Origin: Vicinamibacteria bacterium
GTDB taxonomy: Bacteria; Acidobacteriota; Vicinamibacteria; Marinacidobacterales; Marinacidobacteraceae
Assembly (NCBI GenBank): GCA_963555995.3
Contig: OY821641.1
Coordinates: 2,976,001-3,040,000, forward strand
Length of the DNA stretch: 64,000 bases
Direction: 5' to 3'
Under the pieces are notes generated by a model. That model saw only the letters and a program-made list of their open reading frames with translations. It was not told the origin of the DNA and did not search any database. A program made the translations under genes and the position numbers. Below, piece after piece: positions 57,257-64,000 of the stretch; the stretch's first letter is position 1, and every line of letters starts with the position of its first letter.

Positions 57257-60200
57257 ATGCGTAACGCGCTGCGCCGTCACGGCGCCCTCTTGCTGAGCCT
57301 CGCCCTCGGGCTCCCCGCGGCCGCGCTCGCCCAGCCGGCGCCCGACGAACTCGGGGGGCTGCGGTTCCGCCACATCGGGCCGGTCGGGAACCGCACCCTC
57401 GCGGTGGCCGGCATCCCGGGCAACCCGGACATCTACTACGCCGGGGCCGCCACCGGGGGGATCTGGAAGACCGAGGACGGGGGCATCAAGTGGCGCCCGG
57501 TGTTCGACGATCAGGACGTCCACGCCATCGGGGCGCTGGCGGTCTCGGAATCGGACCCGAACATCGTCTGGGCGGGCACCGGCGAGACCTTCATCCGGGC
57601 GAACGTGTCCATCGGCATCGGGGTCTTCAAGTCCACCGACGCCGGGGAGACCTGGGAACACAGGGGCCTCGACGCGACCGCGAGGATCGGCCGGATCGTC
57701 ATCCATCCCACGAACCCGGACATCGTCTATGCGGCGTCGCTCGGCCACGCCTACACCCCGCAGCCGGAGCGCGGCATCTACCGGACCACGGACGGGGGCG
57801 AGACCTGGGAACACGTCCTGTTCGTGGACGAGCACACCGGGGCCTCGGACCTCATCATGGACCCGAACAACCCCCGGATCCTCTACGCCGGGATGTGGCA
57901 CCTCGAGCTCAAGACCTGGACCCGGGTGAGCGGCGGGCCCGGCAGCGGGCTCTTCGTGACCCGGGACGGCGGCGACACCTGGACGCGGCTCGAAGGCAAC
58001 GGCCTTCCGGAGCTCGATGTGGGGAAGGTCGCACTCTGCATGAGCAAGGCGGACTCCCGGCGGGTGTACGCGTTGATCGAGACCGCGGACGGGGTCTCCC
58101 TCGCCGGCGAGGAAGCGGAGAGCGGCGAACTGTGGATGACGAGCGACGGCGCGCATACCTGGACGCTCCAGACCCACAACCGCAACCTCTCCGGGCGGAA
58201 CGCCTACTACGCCCGCTGCGCCGCCGCGCCGGACGACCCGGACGAGACCTATTTCCTCACCGCTTCCTACGCCCGGTCGCTGGACGCCGGCAGGTCCCAC
58301 GAGCTCATGCGTTTCGACGACGCGCCCGGCTGGGACCACCACGACATGTGGATTGACCCCACGGACGGCGACCGGCAGGCGGTGGCGCACGACGGCGGGG
58401 TCTCCATCTCGCTGAACCGCGGCATGTCCTGGTACAAGATCCAGTTGCCGATCGCCCAGATGTACCACGTGACCGTGGACAACGACATTCCCTACAACGT
58501 GCTCGGCAACCGGCAGGACGGCCCCTCCACGCGCGGCCCGAGCCGGGCCTGGGTCAGCGGGTTCATCGGCGGCGGCCTCTCGCGGGGCATGTGGCACGGG
58601 GTCGGCGGGGGCGAGAGCGGCTTCGCGACCCCCGATCCGGAGGACCCGAACATCGTCTGGTCCACGGCTTCGGGCGCCGGCGCCGCCGGCGGGATCGTGA
58701 CCCGCTACGACGAGCGCGCCCGGCAGTTCCGCCAGCTCGAGGTCTGGCCGGAGAGCACCCGCGGCCGGCCCGCCGAGGACCTGCGCTACCGCTTCCAGTG
58801 GGTCTTCCCGCTGCTGATCTCGCCGCACGACCGGAACACGGTCTATGTGGGCAGCCAGCACGTCCACCGGACCACCAACGGGGGCCAGAGCTGGGACGAG
58901 GTCAGCCCCGACCTGACCACCAACGACAAGTCCCGCCAGACCATCTCGGGCGGCCTCACCCCGGACAACATCGGGGTCGAGTACTGCTGCGTGATCTACG
59001 CGATTGACGAGAGCCCGGTCACCGAGGGCGTCCTCTGGGCGGGGACCAACGACGGCCTGATCCAGCTCACGCGGGACGGCGGCGCGACCTGGACCGACGT
59101 GACCGCGAACGTCCCCGACATGCCGGTGGACGGGGTGGTCCGCAACATTGACGCCTCCAAATGGGACGCCGGCAAGGCGTACATGACCGTCGAGGCCCAC
59201 CAGGTCGGGAACTTCGAGCCCCACGTGTACCGGACCGACGACTTCGGGGCGTCGTGGACGAAGATCGTGAACGGCGTGGCCGACAGCCCGCTCAGCTACA
59301 CCCGGAACGTGCGGGAAGACCCGGTGCGGCCCGGCCTCCTCTACCTCGGGACCGAGAACTTCCTCTACGTGAGCTTCGACGACGGCGACAACTGGCAGCG
59401 GCTCGCGAACGGCCTGCCCCCGAGCCCGATGTACTGGATCGCCGTGCAGGAGCACTTCGGCGACCTCGTGGTGGGCACCTACGGCCGCGGTTTCTGGATC
59501 ATGGACGACATCTCGCCGCTCCAGCAGTGGACGGAGGAGGTGGCGGACAGCAGCGTCCACCTGTTCCAGCCCCGCGGGGCCTACCGCTTCCACCCCATCA
59601 CCCCGCCGTTCGCCCACTTCGACGACTGGTCGGAGGGGGAGAACCCGCCCTACGGCGCCCCGATCAGTTTCTGGCTCGCCGAGGCGGCCGAGGACCTCTC
59701 CATCGAGATCCGGAACGCGGTGGGCGAGACCATCCGCACTCTGGACGGAAAGGGCGAGAAGGGCCTGAACCGGATCTGGTGGGACCTCCGCGAGGAGGCC
59801 TCGACGCAGGCGGTGCTGCGGACGAAGCCCCTTTTCGCCGACTGGGTCACTCTCGACGAAGAGCGGACCCGCGCGGGGACGATCGGGCGCATCTCGATCC
59901 TCGCCCCGCCGGGCGACTACACCGTGGCGCTACGGGTCGGCGACACCGAGCGGACCGCGCCCCTCGAGGTGCGGAAGGACCCGAAGAGCGAGGGCGCGCT
60001 CGAGGACATCGCCGCCCAGACCGCGCTGCTCCGCCTGCTGCGGGCCGACCTCGAAACCGTGGTCGGGACGGTGAACGAGATCGAGTGGCTGCGGCGTCAG
60101 GTGCTCGACCGGAAGACGCTGGCCGAAGAGACCGGGCGGGTCGAGGCCATCGCCTCGGCGGTGGACGGGCTCGACGGCTCGCTGCTCGCCGTGGAGGAGC

Positions 60201-60487
60201 AGTTGATCCAGTTGCTCATCACCGGCACCGGCCAGGACCACCTCCGCTGGCCGACGCAGCTTGCCGGGCGGATCCTCTACCTTGCGGGCGTGGTGGCGAC
60301 GAGCGACTTCCGACCGACCGACCAGATGCAGGAGGTTTACGACCAGCTCCACGAGCAGGTGGAAGCCCGCGCCCGAGAGTTCGCCGGGATCGTGGGGTCC
60401 GAGCTGACCGGCGTCAACAGCGCCCTCGACGCCGCCGGGATGCCCGGGGTGGTCCGGGTGGAAGGAAAGGAGTCCGGTTCGCGCTGA
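57257..60487 (+). CDS. Secreted VPS10/BNR beta-propeller protein, copy 2
   Basis: Close paralog of 30443-33688. GGAGG RBS before MRNALRR. Confidence 0.88.
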   Translation: MRNALRRHGALLLSLALGLPAAALAQPAPDELGGLRFRHIGPVGNRTLAVAGIPGNPDIYYAGAATGGIWKTEDGGIKWRPVFDDQDVHAIGALAVSESDPNIVWAGTGETFIRANVSIGIGVFKSTDAGETWEHRGLDATARIGRIVIHPTNPDIVYAASLGHAYTPQPERGIYRTTDGGETWEHVLFVDEHTGASDLIMDPNNPRILYAGMWHLELKTWTRVSGGPGSGLFVTRDGGDTWTRLEGNGLPELDVGKVALCMSKADSRRVYALIETADGVSLAGEEAESGELWMTSDGAHTWTLQTHNRNLSGRNAYYARCAAAPDDPDETYFLTASYARSLDAGRSHELMRFDDAPGWDHHDMWIDPTDGDRQAVAHDGGVSISLNRGMSWYKIQLPIAQMYHVTVDNDIPYNVLGNRQDGPSTRGPSRAWVSGFIGGGLSRGMWHGVGGGESGFATPDPEDPNIVWSTASGAGAAGGIVTRYDERARQFRQLEVWPESTRGRPAEDLRYRFQWVFPLLISPHDRNTVYVGSQHVHRTTNGGQSWDEVSPDLTTNDKSRQTISGGLTPDNIGVEYCCVIYAIDESPVTEGVLWAGTNDGLIQLTRDGGATWTDVTANVPDMPVDGVVRNIDASKWDAGKAYMTVEAHQVGNFEPHVYRTDDFGASWTKIVNGVADSPLSYTRNVREDPVRPGLLYLGTENFLYVSFDDGDNWQRLANGLPPSPMYWIAVQEHFGDLVVGTYGRGFWIMDDISPLQQWTEEVADSSVHLFQPRGAYRFHPITPPFAHFDDWSEGENPPYGAPISFWLAEAAEDLSIEIRNAVGETIRTLDGKGEKGLNRIWWDLREEASTQAVLRTKPLFADWVTLDEERTRAGTIGRISILAPPGDYTVALRVGDTERTAPLEVRKDPKSEGALEDIAAQTALLRLLRADLETVVGTVNEIEWLRRQVLDRKTLAEETGRVEAIASAVDGLDGSLLAVEEQLIQLLITGTGQDHLRWPTQLAGRILYLAGVVATSDFRPTDQMQEVYDQLHEQVEARAREFAGIVGSELTGVNSALDAAGMPGVVRVEGKESGSR

Positions 60488-60602
60488 TTCGCGGAGCGGT
60501 CCCTCGGCCTCGGGCGCGGCGCCCACCCACAGGTAGGTCGCCGCGCCGTGCTCGCTGAACGGGGAAGTCGAGCCGCGCCGCGTCCGGAACCTCCGAATTC
60601 CG

Positions 60603-60647
60603 GCAGGACGGTTGCGGGAAAAGGGGGTTTTTCCGCAACTGTCCTGC
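60603..60647. repeat. 20-bp-arm inverted repeat (terminator-like or collapsed IS ends)
   Basis: GCAGGACGGTTGCGGGAAAA-GGGGG-TTTTTCCGCAACTGTCCTGC. Confidence 0.6.
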
Positions 60648-60737
60648 GGAGAACCCGGACTTCGGGGCGGGGTTCCGCCGCGACCGCGGAGGCGCGCTAA
60701 GGTCCCGCCCCGCTCAGCAATCCAGGAGGGACGTGGC

Positions 60738-61841
60738 ATGGCGCAGTTCGAGGTTCCGGTGGTCCGGGTGGACCGCATCGAAGACCATCCCGGCGCGGAC
60801 GCGCTGGAGATCGCGGTGGTGCGCGGCTACCGCTGCGTCACGAAGATCGGGGCGCACCGGGCGGGCGATCTGGTCGCCTACATCCCCGAGGACGCCATCG
60901 TCCCCGAGGCGCTGATCCGGGAGATGCGGCTCTGGGACGAGGCAAAGGGCCGGGGGATGCTCGCCGGGAAGAAGGGCGACCGGGTGAAGGCGATCCGCCT
61001 CCGGGGCGTCGTCAGCCAAGGCCTCCTCTACCCCGTCGAAGGCCGCGACGAGGGCGAGAACCTCGCCGAGGCGCTCGACATCGTCAAGTACGAGCCGCCA
61101 ATTCCGGTGCACATGCAGGGCGAGGTCTGCAACCTGCGCGGGCGGACGATCCACTACGACATCGAGAGCGTCCAGAAGTTCCCCGGCCTGCTGCAGGACG
61201 GCGAGGAGGTCGTCTTCACCGAGAAGCTCCACGGCACCTGGACCTGCTTCGGGTTCTGGCCCGGACTGGACCACCCGGAGCTCCTCGAGGGCGCGACCAT
61301 CATCACCTCGAAGGGGATGAGCGACACCGGACTCGCCTTCAAGTGGAACGACGCGAACAAGAGCAACCTTTACGTCATGAGCTTCACCGCCGCGATGCTC
61401 GAGGACGGCCGCTGGGACCGGGTACGGGCCGCCGCCGAGCGGACCGGCGAGCCGATCTTCATCCTCGGGGAGACCTTCGGGAAGAAGGTGCAGGACCTCG
61501 ACTACGGCCAGCAGGGCCGCGCCTTCCGCGCGTTCGACGTCTATGTCGGCGAGCCCCGCAAGGGCCGCTACCTCGACTACGACGAGCTGCTCGCGCGGGT
61601 CAAGGGCGAGTGGGGCCTCGACCTGACGCCGCGGCTCTACCGGGGGCCGTTCTCGATGGAGGCGGCGGAACAGCACCGGGACGGGAAGACCACCTTCCGG
61701 GGCGGCCACGTCCGCGAGGGCATCGTCATCGCGCCGGTGAAGGAGCGCGAGTGCCCGGACCTACCGGGGAACCGGGTGAAGCTGAAGTACGTCTCCCCGA
61801 AGTACCTGCTCCGCCGCGGCAACGTCACGGACTTCCAGTAG
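60738..61841 (+). CDS. ATP-dependent RNA ligase, DRB0094/Rnl5 family
   Basis: N-terminal HPGADALE OB-like module, LRGVVSQGL, EKLHGT motif I, GE.FG, FDV, REGIVI, KYVS..YL. Confidence 0.88.
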   Translation: MAQFEVPVVRVDRIEDHPGADALEIAVVRGYRCVTKIGAHRAGDLVAYIPEDAIVPEALIREMRLWDEAKGRGMLAGKKGDRVKAIRLRGVVSQGLLYPVEGRDEGENLAEALDIVKYEPPIPVHMQGEVCNLRGRTIHYDIESVQKFPGLLQDGEEVVFTEKLHGTWTCFGFWPGLDHPELLEGATIITSKGMSDTGLAFKWNDANKSNLYVMSFTAAMLEDGRWDRVRAAAERTGEPIFILGETFGKKVQDLDYGQQGRAFRAFDVYVGEPRKGRYLDYDELLARVKGEWGLDLTPRLYRGPFSMEAAEQHRDGKTTFRGGHVREGIVIAPVKERECPDLPGNRVKLKYVSPKYLLRRGNVTDFQ

Positions 61842-61886
61842 GGACGCGCCCACGGCGCGCTGGCGGACGCCTTCTGCTGCCCGGCG

Positions 61887-63536
61887 TCAGGGCTCCACGC
61901 CGAAGGCCCGGCAGATCGCGTCCAGCTTTTCCGCGACTTCCGGATGAATCTCCTCCGGAAGCATCCGGTCGGCAATCTCGTGGTAGGCGGTGTAGGGAAC
62001 ATCCCCGAGTCCGGCTGCGGTGAGCAGCGGCGGGATGAGATGCCGCCGGGCCTTGGTCGCCTTGAGGAACTCGTGGTCACCGAGGGGGTCGGCGACCATC
62101 GCGGGCGGGAACTGCGCGTGGAGGAAGGAGCGCATGGCGTCCACCCGTGCGGCTGCATCCGCCGCCGGGGAGCGGGCTTCGATGAACCGGGCGAGGGCGT
62201 CCGGATGGAACAAATAGCTCTCGATCTCGTAGCGCCGCCAGCGGAGGCGCTGCAGGCCCCCGCCGGTGATGGCGGTGTCCGGGACGTCCGGATGCGCGTC
62301 TCCATCCAGCAGTTCGAGCCCCGGCAGGTCTTCACGCACAAGACGCATCGCCTCGTAGTGGTCGCGTGACCGGATTCCGGACGCGCCTCGCCCGGGATCG
62401 AACACGACCGGCTTCCACAGGATCTCGGTGAGCAGCAGCCGGTGCGCACGGTGCCCCAGGCGCGCGGCCCACGCTCTCAGGATGTTGATGTCCGTGAAGT
62501 TCTCCACATAGAGCACGCCTTTCGCTTCCGAGGCCGCGACGATGTCCGCGTTGCCCAGCACGCGGAGTGAGGAGATCAGGCGGTTCCGCTCCTCCGTGTC
62601 CGCGACCATCCGTGGAGTGCCTACGGTCAGACACAGTTCCCGCGGTTCGACGGCGGAAACCACGACTTCTGAATGGGTGGCGACGATCAGTTGCGAATCC
62701 TGCCGGGCGGCCAACGTCCGCAGTTCGCGATAGATGGCGTCCTGCAGGATCACATGAAGGTGCGCGTCGGGCTCGTCCACGAGCAGGACCGCACCTTTCC
62801 GGGTGTGGAGCAGGGCAAGCAACATGAGCACTTGTTGAAACCCGCTGCCCGCGCTGGTCAGGTCCAGTTCCCGTTTGCCTCCCGTTTCGCGGTAACCGGC
62901 CCGGATGTCCGGGCCGGAGGCGTCCGGCGCGTTCAGTTCGTATCCGAAGAGCCGGGAAACCACTTCCATGAGCCCGGCCCAGGCAGCGTCGTCGGCGTAC
63001 GCCTCGACGAGCAGATTGCGCAGGACCTCGCCCGGCCGGCCCCGGCCGAGGAGCTGGGTGATCTTCGGAGCCTGGAAGACGGGTTCCTCAACGGCGAGCC
63101 CGGTCATCGGAGGAATGAACACGACCGGCAGCACGATCTCCCGGAGCAACCGGGGGTCGGCGTCCCAACGGGGCCGTACGTATGCCTGCTCGGAGCTGTT
63201 GAACTTGACTTCAACCGCGACGGTCCAACCACTTCCATGCTCGATTTCGATCTCTATGTCCCTTCCCGGGCGACGATTGGTCCACAGGAGGTCGAAGTTG
63301 CGCAGCGGCACCGCAGTGAACGCCTGCCGAGCGATCGGAGCGCGCTGGTAGCCACGGCGGGGGTTGAAGTTACGGAGTTCCCTCCAGCGGTCGAGGACCA
63401 GCGCCCAAGCGGAGACGGCCTGCAGCAGCGTGGTTTTCCCCGTGTTGTTCGGCCCCGCCAGCACCACATGCCCCGGCAGGCGGAACTCGGTGTCGTCGAA
63501 CCGCTTGAACCCGCGGATCCGGACCCGGCGGATCAT
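61887..63536 (-). CDS. ABC-type AAA ATPase with C-terminal TOPRIM-like domain (OLD-like)
   Basis: GPNNTGKT, GSGFQQ, VDEPDAHLH, ATHS; then YVENFTD, LLDGD, EIESY. Confidence 0.8.
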   Translation of the reverse strand: MIRRVRIRGFKRFDDTEFRLPGHVVLAGPNNTGKTTLLQAVSAWALVLDRWRELRNFNPRRGYQRAPIARQAFTAVPLRNFDLLWTNRRPGRDIEIEIEHGSGWTVAVEVKFNSSEQAYVRPRWDADPRLLREIVLPVVFIPPMTGLAVEEPVFQAPKITQLLGRGRPGEVLRNLLVEAYADDAAWAGLMEVVSRLFGYELNAPDASGPDIRAGYRETGGKRELDLTSAGSGFQQVLMLLALLHTRKGAVLLVDEPDAHLHVILQDAIYRELRTLAARQDSQLIVATHSEVVVSAVEPRELCLTVGTPRMVADTEERNRLISSLRVLGNADIVAASEAKGVLYVENFTDINILRAWAARLGHRAHRLLLTEILWKPVVFDPGRGASGIRSRDHYEAMRLVREDLPGLELLDGDAHPDVPDTAITGGGLQRLRWRRYEIESYLFHPDALARFIEARSPAADAAARVDAMRSFLHAQFPPAMVADPLGDHEFLKATKARRHLIPPLLTAAGLGDVPYTAYHEIADRMLPEEIHPEVAEKLDAICRAFGVEP

Positions 63537-64000
63537 CTTGCCCCTGGGAGTCGAGCGTGAGGGCGGACGGCGACGGGCACGGCGGGCAGTTCCCGTACCC
63601 TACCGAATCGGGGCGGAGCGAATTGGCACGGAGCCGTTGAGCCCGCCATCCATTGGATGGCGCGCACTGGCCCGGAACGCCAAACTCCAGGGTACGATCC
63701 AAACCAGCCGGGATGCGAACGCCGGGTCCCTTGCGTCCAATCGTGCCGATCAACGATTTCGCCGTCCGCCAAGCAGCGTTCGCCTGGCTTGCCGAGCAGA
63801 AGGCGATCCACGGACCGGTTCTCCCGACCACGCTGCTGATTACAGGGTTCGAGGTCGAGGGGCAAAGGGTTTCCATCATGAACCGGCCAAGAGGCATTTT
63901 TCGGCCGCGACAGTGCGAGCTTCCACTCTCGGTCAAAACCTCTTTGACCAGCCCGTACGCAGACTGCTGGACCCCGGACGGCTCTCTCCTTTATTCCTAC
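63533..64000 (-). CDS. Possible 3' end of an unknown gene entering from the right edge
   Basis: Frame is open from the window edge to a TGA overlapping the ATPase ATG. No recognisable motif. Confidence 0.2.
   Translation of the reverse strand, partial: VGIKERAVRGPAVCVRAGQRGFDREWKLALSRPKNASWPVHDGNPLPLDLEPCNQQRGRENRSVDRLLLGKPGERCLADGEIVDRHDWTQGTRRSHPGWFGSYPGVWRSGPVRAIQWMAGSTAPCQFAPPRFGRVRELPAVPVAVRPHARLPGAR

Overview
GC-rich bacterial DNA. The gene content (VPS10/BNR proteins, PPC and PEGA domain proteins, TonB receptor) suggests an Acidobacteriota-like organism, but that is inference only. Layout: (1) 1-9.5 kb housekeeping-type genes: argH, argG, rhomboid, SNF2 helicase with a degenerate SWIM-type partner, EEP nuclease, SolA-like oxidase. 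(2) 9.5-25.7 kb minus-strand metal-uptake cluster: two DUF3526-type ABC operons, a TonB receptor, a FecCD-type ABC with two binding proteins, and a MerC-like protein. Each of its three blocks is headed by a small His-rich CxxCH...RAPPA leader ORF. (3) 25.8-33.7 kb: toxin-antitoxin pair, serine hydrolase, tRNA-Ser(CGA), tadA, APC permease, VPS10 protein. (4) 33.8-57 kb accessory region lying between two VPS10 paralogs: FHA-ABC exporter, Ser/Thr kinase, three 179-bp MITEs, and a partly inverted-duplicated operon encoding GrpE, two lid-less Hsp70s, a vWA membrane protein and membrane proteins with HPD-less J-like domains. (5) 60.7-64 kb: RNA ligase and an ABC-ATPase/TOPRIM-like protein. The best candidate for an undescribed system is the Hsp70/GrpE/HPD-less J-like/vWA/kinase module. 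The second is the duplicated RAPP leader-peptide cassette. All family assignments come from motif recognition by eye; no database searches were run.
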